Of a stretch of 64,000 bases of DNA, positions 35,806 through 49,794 are shown piece after piece. Both the position numbers and the translations under genes were made by a program. The notes under the pieces were generated by a model. It was not told where the DNA came from and did no database searches. It was given only the letters and a program-made list of their open reading frames with translations. Source of the stretch: Microthyrium microscopicum (taxonomy: Eukaryota); the NCBI GenBank assembly GCA_010405405.1, contig MU004235.1:386538-450537 (forward strand). Direction: 5' to 3'. How positions within the stretch are numbered: the first letter of the stretch is position 1; every line of letters starts with the position of its first letter.

Positions 35806-37513
35806 ATGTTTTGCGTTAAACCCAGGCTAAGGCCTTGTACAAGGTGGAAGATTCCAAGAGCTAGGGGATATCGTCGTTTTGGGTCGTTTGGGTCACAAAG
35901 CGCATCTTCGAGCTCATCCAGTCAGGGGCAAACGGGCTGGTCCGCGTTGGGTGGATTGATATCAGAACTTGATCATCTATCGCCTCGATTCGAAGTCAAA
36001 CCAAATCAAATAGAGATAATTCGAGGACCCGTGGAGTTCTACGAGGTACTCAAGGTTAGTTCTGTCATACGATATGGTCCGAGTAGAGTTAATGATTTGT
36101 AGGCCAAAATTTCTACAGCGAAAAGACGGATATATCTTTCTACCCTATACATTGGTAAAACAGAACATGAGCTAGTGAGCAACCCGAATCAGACTTTTAG
36201 AGAAGAACCTAATGCAGTCCAGATCGAAACTATCATCAAAGCATTGAGATCGAATTCTGAACTAAAACTCTCGATTCTGACAGATGCGCTACGAGGTACT
36301 AGGGAAACACCAAATCCATCGTGTGCTTCTCTATTAGCTCCTTTGATCGCCGAGTTTGGATCTGATCGTGTAGAGATACGCATGTTTCACACTCCAAACC
36401 TCACAGGCCTTCGAAAAGCTGCTGTACCAAAGAGAATCAATGAAGGATGGGGCCTTCAACATATGAAGCTCTACGGAATAGATGATGAAGTTATTCTATC
36501 CGGGTAGGTATTCGAAGGCCTTAGTAAAGTCCGCAGCTAACCCATGTAGTGCTAATTTATCGGAAGACTATTTTACGAATCGACAAGATCGATATCATAT
36601 CTTCAAGTCGTCTGCTATCACAGACTACTTCTCCAATATACATGGAGCGATATGTTCTCTCAGTTTTAACATATTACCCACCAAAGACGACCAACAGTAT
36701 TCCATGACCTGGCCATCTACCAATCCAGCTCCATCTCCACTAGAAAGCCCGCGTGAATTTCGCAAAGCATCAACAACTCTCCTATCCCCGCTGCTCAACC
36801 CAAAGTCTACTCCATCGCCACTAGCCGCCTCCTCAACGGCCATATATCCACTTCTCCAATTCACACCCCTTTTGACCCCCGACTCTTCCACCGAACTCCC
36901 AGCGCTCACAGCAATTCTTCAATCCCTCGCTACATCTCAACTCGCCGGCGCCTCCTGGACCTTCACAGCCGGCTACTTCAACATGACACCACCCATCCGT
37001 CGTCTTCTCCTCGCCACCAACCCATCCCACGGCACCGTGATCGCCGCCAGCCCATTTGCCAACGGCTTCTACCAGTCTCGCGGAGTATCCGGCATGCTCC
37101 CTGACGCCTACACCCTCCTATCCGCCCGCTTCGTAGCCGCCGTCCGCCGCGCAAACCTCGCATCCCGCATCACTCTCAAAGAGTGGCGACGCGGCACAGT
37201 CAACGCACCTGGTGGCTGGAGCTACCACGCCAAAGGCCTCTGGGTAACGCTGGCAGGCGAAGACGCACCGAGCGTCAGTCTAGTAGGCAGCTCAAACTAC
37301 ACGCGGCGCAGCTATGAGCTAGACCTAGAAGCGAACGTGCTAGTAGTGACGCGCGATGCGGCGCTCATGCGTAAGCTAGCGGCCGAGGAGGCGTGGCTGC
37401 AGGAGGATGCAAAGGCAGTAGGGAGTGAGGAGTTTGAACGACCGGAGAGGGCAGTGGGGATTAAGGTTCGATTGGCGATGTGGTTGGTGCGAGTACTCGG
37501 GGGAGCGCTGTAA
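35806..37513 (+). CDS. PGS1: CDP-diacylglycerol--glycerol-3-phosphate 3-phosphatidyltransferase (PLD superfamily); three introns
   Basis: AKRRIYLSTLYIGKTE, ILTDALRGTRE, RINEGWGLQHMKLYGIDD, ANLSEDYFTNRQDRY, GWSYHAKGLW, VGSSNYTRRSYELDLE. Confidence 0.94.
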
Positions 37514-38303
37514 TGGGGTACTTGGCCGATGAAGGCGAAGTGATGATGTGGGACTTTTGGTGATGATGGTGCAACTTTCGAACGTTCTCAGTAATGCGGT
37601 GGGTCCTTGTTGATATAAACTGTATTATTAGCTATAATTGCATACTGAGATGCAAATTCGGATCTTCTTGGCTTATGCGGTGAAGAGACTGGACGGAAAT
37701 GTAAAATTGCCCGGAGACTACAAGATTTGCTTCACTCGCAATCGATATGTGCGACTATAAGGCCAATCTAGTCACTTAGTAGCCACATCTATAGCACTTA
37801 TGCATATCATCTCTAGTAAGCTCGGAAACATCTTATTTGGGAATATTTTGTTTTAGCAATTCCAACGCAGAGATCGACGCCACTCATGCAGCATATGTTT
37901 CGCTAACGGCAGCGGTGAGATCTCGCTTCCAGAATAGTGAATATGATTAGCTGAACACATCACTTCAGGCCATATAATTATAGTTCGTTTTGACAGAAAA
38001 CTGGCTTTGAAACATCCCATCAGAGAAGCACCTCATAGCTCCTAATCTGTGAAAAGAAAGATTCCGCAAATAGCGTTTAATAGTGCGATATAATCGAAGA
38101 GAGCTATGCAAGTAATGTTTCACGGTAGATCATCAGTACTCTTTAAATGTTATGCTTCAAATTAAGCACTATTAATTATCTCCCTTAAGTACCAGCACCC
38201 AAAAATAAACGAAAGAACATTATTGCCGACCATGCAAATGCTGGGGTATTTTGTATTGCATCCTCTAATCATAAACGCCTCGAACAGAGTCTATTGACAT
38301 CTG

Positions 38304-39810
38304 TTATATCAGTGCATTAACTTTGCGGGTATAAACCTCGATTGGAAGTCCGCCGAACTCGTTACTTGATGGTAAGAGACAGTGGGAATAGGCCTCTTGG
38401 ACCATGTTTCGAACACGGTCACCGTTGGGATCCGTGAAGCTATCGTTCGCATAAGTTATTGCTTTTAAAGTTGAGGAAGGGTACATACTAGGCATCTCGT
38501 CGCTTGTACATCTTCGCTTCATGCTCTGCTGAATAGATCTTATTGCAGATCAATGCGGCTGGCCAGAAATCTCTATCGTCTGCGATGATTTGTTTCACTG
38601 GAACGTTGGGGCTTACGGTGATCTGAAAATTCGTTAGTCTTGTGTCGATATCGATTATTTCCTTCGTCAATGCGTCTTTCCATGAAGTTGAGCAGCCACA
38701 CGGGACGATTCCGTAGCACAAAGCGCCTGGAAAAGCAAACATGACTGAGGCATTGCCGACAGGCCCAACATAAGCGATGGTGCTTAGGGAGCCTATGGAA
38801 TGGGCGTCAGGGCTCTGATGGCAATACGCCAGTCATAGTGTGCGTCCTCCTAACTGAAGATTGTGGTGGAAGGGGCGTGTGAGAGTGAGTAATTACCACG
38901 ACTGAAGACTGGTCTACCTCGAGAAAACCCATAGGGGATTCGATCGTCATGATACCATTTGACTCCAGCAGCTCTTTGTCATTTTCAGTGTACGCTGGAT
39001 CTTGGCAAAGCACGACTGGAGCTTTCCCATTTTTCTGCTTCAAAATCTCTGCTATCATCACGACAGCTGCGTGCTGAGCGAAAATACCACAGACTGGTGC
39101 ATCATCTTTTGTTCCATCATCGTAGAGCATCGAATGACTTGGCGATCCAAGTCCGAATCCCACGATTTTGGTTGGCAGAGTGGACATCGCTTGTAGCTGA
39201 GATCTGAGTTTGTGGGCCATGGCCGTTTCGCGCCAAGCGCTCGCTCTCATCTTGAAGGTTTCTTTGAGCTCTTCGATTGTGGCTGTTGGCTCAGGAGTAC
39301 CATGCGGCGAATCTGAATGATAACAGATTTTGAGTGGTCGAGGTGTGTGTCCCATCAATAAGCACTCCTTGACCATGTTCTGAAATGGTTCCCAGTATAA
39401 TATCGGGCGCCAGCGTCTGTGGGGTCAGTTGTTTGGCAGTGTTGATGAAACTGGGCGACTTACTGTCTCGAGTCTTTCCTCTCATGTGGCATGAGGTATT
39501 CGTACTCTTGGACATCGTCGTCCCATCCTCGAATTGTGATTTTGGGAGATCCTAATTTGATCTGTCGCGCCGCATCTAGCATCGCACTTCGAGGGTACAT
39601 GGGTTTTCCGGTCGCATAGAGTTTGCGAATGCGCTCGACTTGTTTTTGCGCCTCTGCTTCCCGACACTTGACATGTTCAAGTGCTTTTCGATGCTTAGTT
39701 GTGAGTTTGCTGGATTCTAGAATCGCATCGTTATCGACCAAGAGGTTTCCTACGAGAATGAGTATTGTCAATTAGGCATTGACACTGAGCGTGTACTCAC
39801 CAGCGGCCAT
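38304..39810 (-). CDS. SRR1-domain protein; four introns, including a 274-nt intron 38896-38623
   Basis: KIVGFGLGS, AQHAAVVMIAEIL, VLCQDPAYTENDKELL, GFLEVDQSSVV|ITVSPNVPVKQIIAD, WPAALIC, FTDPNGDRVRNMV. All pieces join via canonical introns. Confidence 0.8.
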
Positions 39811-41372
39811 TGCTTCGAAACCCCAACCAGGGAGAGTAGATGAAGTCTGGGGAAATGTTGTGGGGTAGACACTGGGGTCCTGGGATACAAGTAAAGGCTT
39901 TTGATAGATAACCCCCCGTATAAGGGCAAAGTTAAGGTCTTGAAGAATTGAAAGTATAACAAGGACGCGGGGTTAGCGGTCGCAAAAGTAAGGCGAAAGG
40001 TTTAAATACTAAATACTAGTGAACAAGCCAAAGGTCGCTAAAGCATCAACAACGTTGGCGCTTTGAGTAACCCACACTACCCAGAACAATGAGGATTTCC
40101 GGAAACTACGATTGCACTGGCGCCTTGGTCAGCTGTTAGTAGATCTCTATAGGAAGCAAATCGTCAATCCAAGCATTCAAGCCTCATATGGGCAAGTACA
40201 AATCGGGTGATATATTGCCGTTGAACTATAAGTGCCTTCCCTCCTAGTGCCATTCCTTCCAAATTCGCTTGCTCCGCGCGTAACTTAGTTCTCCTCACAA
40301 GAAAGCCATTGCCTATTTTAAATTCGCGGGGAAAGCTCTCAAATACCTGATAGTCGGGTCAACGGTAGAGTTGGATGGATCGATTGAGGGCTGCTAGGTT
40401 TGTTTCGCTGCGAATAACCGCCAGAAAACTGCGGTAGGGTTTGTGTGGACCTTAGTAGGAGTGATATAGGCTATTTTCAACAGGTCTTGGTAATCCTTTC
40501 AATGATCCACAACAATTTCGGTAAACAAGTCTGCCAATGCTTGCCGACCGGGTCAGGTGCTGAAGTGATCTGAGCCCAGGTAATGCGAAATATCCGACTT
40601 TGTGCTTGTTATATTTGGCTTGGGATGCTTGTACTATGCTCTTGGACGACCCTTTTATCGGAAGAAAGAGAGATAACAATTAATCAAAGTTTCCGTTCCG
40701 GCGTTTAGCGCGGGAGTTGGATATTGTATAAGCCGCTCCTAGTCTAGATTAACTTTCAAAAGACTAGCGTACTAAGTAATCAGACTTGATCGCACATAAT
40801 ATGTAGTTCTTTCTGTACGTGGTACGCGTAGTAAGAACTAGTGTTTGAGTTGAAGCGGTTGATATTGAACTTAAACCCGAACAAACAAACGAAAAGTGTA
40901 TAGTATCGAGATCAGAACCTTATCTACTATCTTAATATAGTCACAAGATGGAAGCATTGACAAAATTGGTTTATAGAAAGTTGATCCACCGGGTCGGAAG
41001 CTGCGGAGAAAATACTTGTCTGTTGTCTCTCTGTTCAATATCGACAACCTTACCAGCATGGTCAGTCACTTAACAAGTTTGGGACAATTGTGATGCTCCT
41101 TATTCTAACAAAAGGACCTGACTTCTCACATCATCTTAACCATACTCAGTAAACGATTACAAAATATCAGGCGAAGTAACGACTGATGGCGCAAGTATAA
41201 CAGCAACCATGGAAAGTATAATATGCATCACGACTCGATCCACCTTTAACTTGATCATTAGCGCAAGGCGAACTTTGACAATTCTTGTCTATTCAAGCAT
41301 TTGCCTGCTATCAGTAATAGTAAAATTGGACGTTTGTCCCTTTCCCTGACCTATCCCATTCTAACAAGTCAT

Positions 41373-41840
41373 TCAATCCTGTTCCATCTCCCTCACAATA
41401 CCAACAACCTCATCACCCCAAGGCGTAGTATCCCCCTGGAACATAGCATTCGCCTTGCCCGAGTCATCCAAAACCAGCGACACCACCATCTGATGGCGTG
41501 AAAGGATATCCTCCTGCATCTCCGTACGCATGTCAGCTGGAAGACCAACGTCTTGCGCGCCAAGAATGTTAAGAAAGCCGATAGTGCGAATGACAAAGTC
41601 CCACATGAAGTAGACACGGCTTTTTTTGTTTGCTGGCACGTTGAAGTTTTGAGTCAAGTTTGGTGCCATGGCGTCATGTCGTGCGAGCGCGTTTGCAAGG
41701 CGGCGATGGAGAGTCATCTCTTTAATAAAGTCTTGGTTTGCATTGGCTGCGAGTTGTTGGGAGCAGACGGCGGCGGTGTAGTCGCGGCGGTTGGTGGTTG
41801 CTGGGTCTGGTGCCCAGTTTGGCCGAGCTTCGGAAGACAT
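41373..41840 (-). CDS. Small conserved-looking fungal hypothetical protein (155 aa)
   Basis: Intronless ORF with ATG in good context; NFNVPANKKSRVYFMWDFVIRT segment; function unknown. Confidence 0.7.
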   Translation of the reverse strand: MSSEARPNWAPDPATTNRRDYTAAVCSQQLAANANQDFIKEMTLHRRLANALARHDAMAPNLTQNFNVPANKKSRVYFMWDFVIRTIGFLNILGAQDVGLPADMRTEMQEDILSRHQMVVSLVLDDSGKANAMFQGDTTPWGDEVVGIVREMEQD

Positions 41841-42663
41841 GATTGATGTGTATGATGAGGAATTGAGTTATTGGAAGTTGAGTTTGAGCTTGATTTTTGA
41901 TGGGTGAGCAGCTTTTGAGGAACTTTCAAGCTTTGGATACTTTGATACAGGGCGTGGAGAGTATCTAGAAGGTGCTATCAGGGGCTTTGGGACTGGAGAA
42001 TTAAGTCCTTGAAACAGCTTTGATACTGTCAGGCCTATGATGGAAGTGGCGGTTAGCTTCGATGAAGATCGCGAAGGTTGGTGTGGACCCAGCAACGCGG
42101 TGGTACCTTACAGATTCCACTGCTTTAGGTACCTTGCATGTCTTGCAAGAAAGACTAGATAAATATTGAAATATGTATGGAGCTAAATTGCAGGAAAAAC
42201 TTTGCAATCAAGACCAGATAAATATGCAAATAACGATACTATTTTGCAGCAAGCTCCAATGAAGAATATGGCTGATGGCAATGCCGATACAGTACTCATC
42301 ATGTTTTTGTTTCACTGATTTGACTCTTTGATCTCAATACTATATTCAATACAGTACACCTGATTAGGTATCAAATGAACAACAACTTTGATATTGACGA
42401 CTGAAAACTGAAAACCATCACAAACAAAACAACAGAGCTCACTTCAATCATCCTCGGATTTCTCCAAGCCTCGCATTTCAAGCAATCTAAAAGAACCCCC
42501 AAACGCCAATTCTGCAGCCGCTATACTGATGCTAAGAACCGCGCAGACCATGAAACTAATATACAGAATACAATGAACGACCGCCTTTCCATAGAGTATC
42601 GAACGCTTCACACACACATAAGCATATCTATACACTTCTCCCTACTCATTCGAAGAGACATTC

Positions 42664-45600
42664 TCACCGCCATGCCCCCTTCCCAGGCGCAAAGCTCCCT
42701 CTCACTGCACCACTCGCTCCACCCACTGCAGCCGCTGTACTCATCCGCACTGGACCTTGACGTGCGGCCGCCGCAGTTCGCATAACTTCCTCTGCGACTG
42801 TCGTTCGGCGCGCGGGACCTCCTTTGCTCACGAGCGTACCTGTAGTACGAGGAGACAGCACGCCGGCCAACGAACCCCGTCCATCTGCCGCAGCGCCAAT
42901 TCGACGTGCGAGAGCAGCGCTGAAGGTTGGTGGAGACGGTGGACTGCCGGACGCAGTTGGGCTGCGTCGACGCTGAGTTCTTGATTGCGATGAGTTGCCG
43001 ATGGATGAGGAGCGTTTGATGGCAGAGCGGACGGCTTTTGCGTCGGTCGAGGAGATGGAGTAGGCTGGTTTGCTTCCAGCTGTGGTGGCTGTGGATGGTC
43101 GCTCAGGATCTGAGGAGTCCGAGCCGGTAGGCGAGGCATTGGTGACGAGATGTAGAGACGAGGAGTGGGGCATTTTGTTGGGCTCAATTTCACGAAGCGG
43201 CGAGGTATTTGTTGATGAATCGCTGCTCCATGGCTCAGAAAGGATGGTGGATGTTGGTGGTGGGCCGAGGGGTGAGCCATCGGACTTCTTGGTTAGGAAG
43301 CCGGCTTGGAAGCGGGCAAGACGTGGTTTTGAGTCTTGAGAAAGCTCTGGACTGGAAATGGGCGGCGACTCTTCGTAGTATGAGTGTGTGGGTGGTTGAG
43401 GGAGAGTGAAGATGGGTTGTGGTGGTGGGTCTTCAGAAGAGATCTCCGGGGATGAGTAGATTGGTTGGGGAGTTGGTTGGAATTCTACGAGAGTGCCATC
43501 GTCGGTGTCGTCTTTCCAGCGCACGCCGCGTTTTACTTTGATGGGTGATTTGCGGCCTGGTGTGGTTATCACTACTCCTTTTCGTGCTCCACCTAGCTTG
43601 CGGCGACGTGGTGAGTTCTTCATTGGTGAAGCTCGAGCTATGAGCGACACTGGAGATGGCTTGATGGGATCTTGGGATGCGCCGAAAACTGGAGCTGCTA
43701 ATGGAGATGGCCCAAGGATATTTGCTGCTATGCGACGATGCTTTGGAGTGCCCATTCGAGTCGGAGGAAATGCTTCTGTGACAGGTAGACCACCCTCTGG
43801 TTTGATGACTTGTGAAGTTGCTGTCGAGCATGCTGTGATTATCTGGCCCAGTAATCGTCGAGCAGCTTGAACCGCCTCCTCTTCAGACATTTGCATTATT
43901 TGACCAAGGATTGCAATAGTCTCAAAATGAGCCTGAAGAAGGACTTGTACCAACGCAGCATCTCCACCCTTTTCTTGCTCAAGCATTGACATGTAAGTCT
44001 CCCGATCTGCCATGGATCGAAGTAATTCGGCTTCACGGACAATTGTAGAGATCTCAACTGCGTCGTTACTACCATCAGCTTCTTTGAGTTGTCGAATGCC
44101 AGTCTGTAAAGCGGTTTCCAATGCTCTATCCCAGGTGCTTTTCGATAATCGCTGGTGGTAATGTTGACGACTGCTTTCCAATTCAGCTAGTATACCCTGA
44201 GCAGTTTTCCGCATGGCCACAAGATTCTTCGCTGGCTCTTCTTCTTCTCGAGTGTCGCAAATGGTATCAAATCCAGCTACCCAAGTTGAAATGAGTGATA
44301 TGCGACGTTCGATTTGACGACATTTCTTCATCATACTCGTTCGCTCATTTCGTTCTGGGGCAGAATTATCATAAGCAGTGCGTATCCGTGTGATGCCTTC
44401 GCGAGCAATAACATCTCGTTTTTCTGCTTGTTTTTTGAATTTGACAAACGAGCTGGCTTCATGATCCTTTTGCTGCTGCTTGAGCTCAGTAATGAGGGCC
44501 ATCTGCTCGTCAATCTTCTTAAGGTAGTCTTTGACGTGACGGTTGACATTGTACACATTCCGTGTAACCTTGGTTTGAATATTCTTGGCTCGATTGGCGT
44601 ATCGGAGAGTATTTTGAGTTTCATCGAAATGTGCGCTAGATGGACTGACACATACTATCATAACCGTCTTGCAGTTTCCACCAAGTGAGAACTTCAGTAA
44701 ACGAGTCAGTTTTGAGTTTCGGTATGGAATGTGATTGTGTTTTCGCATATCGCATAGCGCGTTGATACAACTTCCGAGCGCTAGAAGCGATTTGTTGATG
44801 TTGGCGCCTTCAAGTAAACGATCTCCTCGGTTTTTTGTGACACTTGCGCGCTCACTTCCTGCCAAGTCTATGATGCTCAATGTAGCCATTGTGTGAGGTT
44901 CGTTCATGTCTGCGTTTCGGTCTTTTTGTGCGACATTAATTTGAAGCACAGCGTGGGATCGTGAAGAGGTTGCATTGGCTTCAGTTGGAGACATTGTACG
45001 GAGATCGTTTCCGCGCACGATGATATCCATGACTTCCTCAACCTATATTCTATTAGTCAGATAAATGTTGATTGCAATGTGTTCTTACGCTTTTTGGGTG
45101 ATGACTCGAGAGTCCAGAAACAGAGACGGCCTGATTGGAATCCTCTCGAAGCATCAGACCTTGTTTGCTACCACCTGGCGAAAGGAGATCACGGATTGTC
45201 TCGTTATAAATCTCAAGGTAGGATAAAGATAGCTCGACAACCTTTTCTTCTTGAAGCTCATTGATACGTTCAAACAGCTCTTGCATAGTGAGAAAAATGA
45301 TGCCCGGTGCTTGGGCAGTACCCCTACATAGGTTAGCTTCCAAGTTCCCAGTACAGGTTTGAAAAGACCTACGTGATGGTATGTGTTTTTCCGCAACCTG
45401 TTGCGCCATAGGCAAAAACAGTCGCATTGTATCCGTCAAGTACGCTATCGAGTAGATTTCGAGTTGTGGCTTCGTAGACGTCGCTTTGGTTTGTGTTTTC
45501 GTCAAAGACGCGATCAAACATAAACGTCTGATCTTTGACTCGCTTTCCTTGCGGTAATACGGATCGGGAGAAATTCTGAACTGGGTTGTCTTCTGGAGGA

Positions 45601-45854
45601 TCGAAAACTCTGATAGCATGTAAGTGACTATTCTCAATCTATTTTGGAGGTTGCGCGTACAGGCATTTATCGTCCACTACCTTGATTATTGACCGTAGGC
45701 CTTTTGAGGAGAGCTTCGGTGGAGCAGCAGCGAGAGAGCCGTCTCCGAGGAATGTATGACCATCTTCAGTTTTGACTAGCTGTGCGGCTTCTCGAATGGT
45801 AAAGGGTCGCACTCTGACAGCTACGGTGATTGATGAAGCGCCGTCGGCGACCAT
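42664..45854 (-). CDS. KIP3: Kinesin-8 motor (Kip3/KipB-like); three introns
   Basis: [25 protein letters not shown] (P-loop), [73 protein letters not shown]. Confidence 0.93.
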
Positions 45855-46433
45855 GGCTGTGGCAGGAAACGGCGTAAGCAAGTGGGAAAATCGGAGATCA
45901 AAGTTTCAGGATCGTTTCTTCATGAGCTGTGGGTTAGTCCGAATCGAGTTGCGAGATTGTGGGAGCAAAGCGTGGTGTGAAATGTAAAAGGTTGAGGAGC
46001 GGAGCTTGAAGGTCAGGAAAGTTGTCGATGTTGGTAAACAATGGCCCAAGCGTTTCACCTTGCCTAAAGCGGTAAGGCGCCAGGGCCACGCATCTTCTTC
46101 CATCTCTTACCCCTGCATCCAAAACATCTAACTTTCGCGTGTCCTCATCTTCTTGACCTTCAAGTTTTTCGACTGAACTGCTTGATTTGACTTTTCAATA
46201 CTCTTTCTTGACACCAATTGCTCATATCCTCCGCCATCATCACATTTGCTCCACTAATGTCCAAAGACCTTTCCGTTCCCATTCAATGGATATTGACTCG
46301 ACATACATTTGAAAGAGCCTAGGACGAAGCATGTAGTGCTCTATCAAAGTCCTTGTGCTACCCGCGCCATCAGCCATCTTCCCTGGACTTCCGAAGTGAC
46401 GAAAAGCTGCGGTCGGCAAGGCGTTCTGTGGAA

Positions 46434-47238
46434 TTATAGCTTTTCTTGTCTTTTATTTAGGGCACCAGCTTTCGCATCCTGCGGCCTTTGAATTTCTTCG
46501 TCCCAAGGAGTCCTAACTGCAAGATGTTCTTTCTTCGCTTCGACATTGACCTTATGGTGTTCGCAAGTGGCGTATACCAACTTGCCATCTACGCTCGTCA
46601 TCTCAGAGCGGATGAGAGCCATGGTTCGTCCTGCGGAGACAACCCAGCTTCGTACTCGAATTGTTGTGCCGATTGGGATTGCTCGAAGGTAGGAGATGTT
46701 CAGTGTTCGTGTAACACCACCCATGAAGCTTCTTTATCTCAGTAAGTGACCTGATGAAGCGACGCACAACTTACAAGTAGAAGTCAGGCTTGGCCAATGG
46801 GCCCAATGCTGTGGTCGTCAACATATCAAAGACCACACCAAAAGCACCACCGTGCATTACATCTGCGACAAAGCAGTTGATATATGATCTTTGGAAAACT
46901 CTAATAAAATCAACTTACCATTAAGATTAGAATACTTGGAGTCCATCAGCAGTTCAAATAGTACAGTGCCTTCTGGTCCTGCATCTAGAAGTTTGACTTC
47001 TTTCATGAGATCTTCATCAAAGTACTACCAGATAAGTCAGAATTTACTGAGACTGACCTAACTGGGGTCATTGGAAAGTACCTTTCGACCATGTGGTCTT
47101 TGGTTAACGAGTATTTTGTATCTATTAACAGAACAATTAATGCATGATAATGTGGCTTAAACAATAAGCTTGCCTGTCAAAGATGTCTTGCACGGCTAAC
47201 AAGGCTCTTGCCCGAGAATCCGGCTTACTGCTGGCCAT
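46434..47238 (-). CDS. HotDog-fold acyl-CoA thioesterase (PaaI/ACOT13-like); first intron GC-AG
   Basis: YSNLN|DVMHGGAFGVVFDMLTTTAL, GGVTRTLNISYLRAIPIG, GRTMALIRSEM, YATCEHHKV. Confidence 0.9.
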
Positions 47239-48005
47239 TGTCCTGTACAAATTGGCGCGGGAATTAAATGCTTTTGTCAAGCAAGCTATGCGTTTCCCCC
47301 ACATGCACAAGCAGACAATGTTTCGTTTTGCTTAGAAGCGTTGAGGATTGAAACACAAAGATGTTTGAACTATTGATTGGTAGGCTTGTCGTCATCATCA
47401 TCAGCGGAGGAAGACAAGTCAAAAGTTGAGATATCCGGGGAAAGACGCTAGACGGGTCGGATGTACGGCCTCCCGACATGGGCTTTTTATTTATTGAATG
47501 TATGATGGTATTGGCCGTGCTATTATTCCTCCACGGTGTCTTTTATGATTTTCTGGCTGTGCACTTGCCATGGGTTGCTCAGACTTGATCTGTCTGTGAT
47601 TCTGTGAATAAATGCTGTCGATTCAGCCTCATGTTGCGAGTCGTGTGGAATGAAACATATTTGAATTCAACCTTCTGTACAAGTGGATCCGCTGTATCAT
47701 CGTCCTCTGTACCAATCCAGGAGCAGCTGATCTTCTATTGGAATACCGGTACATAAACCATCAACCGTCTGGCTGACAGCTGGTAACTTCTAGTTCCGCG
47801 ATCTTACTTTTCCGGTACTCTGCCGTTTTCAAGCTAGCGAATTGGAGTTGTCTAAAGTTTCCGCGCTTTGCCCTCGCCTGTGTGTCAAGTGTCAACTGCC
47901 CGAGCATTCAGCATTCAGCATTCAACGAAGACTACCATTGGCACTCCACTTAAAGCCAACTCCCTCCCTTCAATCCCCAGTTCGAACTAAGGACTTTCAT
48001 CCAAA

Positions 48006-49519
48006 ATGGCCGCTGAACCAGTTCCAGCCGCAACTCGCAAACGCGTTCTTCGCGTTCTTGTCATCTCTCTCCTTCTCGACTTGGTAAGCGCCACCATCAG
48101 CAATCCCCCCTTCCTTCCCAACTAACTGCATACCAGATTTCTTTCACTTTCATCCTACCTCTCTTTCCACAACTCATCGTATTCTACCGCGATCTAGAAG
48201 CCTCTTCATCAAATTCCCATAACACACTCCTCGCCAAAACACTCGCCACCCTCAATGCCTACAAAAACTCCTTTGCCAAACCCATCAACTCGCGCTATGA
48301 CATAGTTCTTCTCGGTGGAGCACTCGGCTCGCTCTTCAGTCTCTGCCAGGCAATTGCCTCACCCATCATTGGCCGTCTGTCCGACAAATATGGCCGTCGT
48401 CGTGCGCTGCTATGCAGCATGGTTGGCAACATTGCCTCTGTTGGACTGTGGGTAGCGGCAGTTGACTTTCGGACCTTCATCGCAAGTCGCATTGTGGGCG
48501 GCTTGAGTGAGGGTAATGTACAATTGGCGACTGCAATTGCGACGGATGTTAGCAGCGAGGAAACTCGAGGCGCAACGATGGCTTTGGTCGGCGCATGCTT
48601 CAGCATTGCATTCACAGTTGGCCCAGCACTAGGCGCATGGTTGGCCAGCATCACAAGTGTCAAGAGCAATCCTTTCGCGACAGCCGCTGGAGTCAGTCTG
48701 GCTCTGATCGTTACGGAAACACTATATCTTTACCTCTGCCTCCCCGAAACATTGCCCGCCAGCCGGACAGCCACCGAGAATGGTAGCGCAAATGGCCATG
48801 CCAATGGACATGCCAACGGACACGCAAATGGCGCGCCCAACGGCCAAAAAGCCAACACCAAAGCACCACTCAACAAGCCCAACCAGCGCACAAATCCCCG
48901 CTGGCTCCTGAACATGACCCACTTCGCCTTTATCCTCTGCTTCTCCGGCATGGAGTTCAGTCTACCATTCATGACCTACGATCTCTTCAAATACACATCC
49001 GCACAGTCCGGCCGCCTCCTAGGTTTCATGGGCCTGATCGCCTCTCTTCTTCAAGGAGGTGTCGTGCGCCGCATGCATCCACTACGCGTCGTCCAAATGG
49101 GTGTTGTTTCCGCCGCTGGCGCATTCTTCATGCTCGGCAGCCTCCAATCCACGCGCGCACTCTATGGCGCGGCCACACTTCTTGCTATCACCAGTGGATC
49201 TGTTGTCACGGGCCTTAACAGTTTATCCAGTTTTGAGGCAGCCAACAATGAGCGCGGAAGTATTTTGGGTAACCATCGTAGCTGGGGTACGTTCTTCCTT
49301 TCCCTTTATCCTTTTTGGAGTATGGCTAATCATTCCTTAGGTCAAATCGGACGCGCTCTAGGTCCATTGATCTTCTGCACGCTGTACTGGTGGGCTGGCC
49401 GACAAGCTGCCTATACATTAGGTGGTAGCGGTATGCTCGTCGTATGCGGTCTTGCATTTGGCGCGTTGAAGAAACCCGCCGGCACAGAAACCGTCGGCAA
49501 GCGCGTAAAGGCACAATAA
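48006..49519 (+). CDS. MFS transporter, tetracycline-efflux-like (MFSD10 type); two introns
   Basis: LVISLLLDL|ISFTFILPLFP, LLGGALGSLFS, GRLSDKYGRRRALL, SRIVGGLSEGNVQLA, FSGMEFSLPFMTYD, RSW|GQIGRALGP. Confidence 0.9.
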
Positions 49520-49794
49520 ACCCAAATCCAGCATATCAATCACATTCGGCGTAGGCAGCATGAGAGGCGTTAATTCTTCATCTTCTTCTGAATTCAGGCA
49601 TGGTGAAAACAAAAATTCTTGATTGTTTGGGTATCTTCTTGTAGTTGTAGTAGTAGTAGTAAATGTCTTCATGAAAATGTATAACAGTCATCCAACACCT
49701 TATCATACACCTCCCGAGCACACCGCTCTTCCATGCCAATCATCCATAGCATTCGAATTACTGACTCTGCCTGTGGCCCATAGTATCTCTGTGC

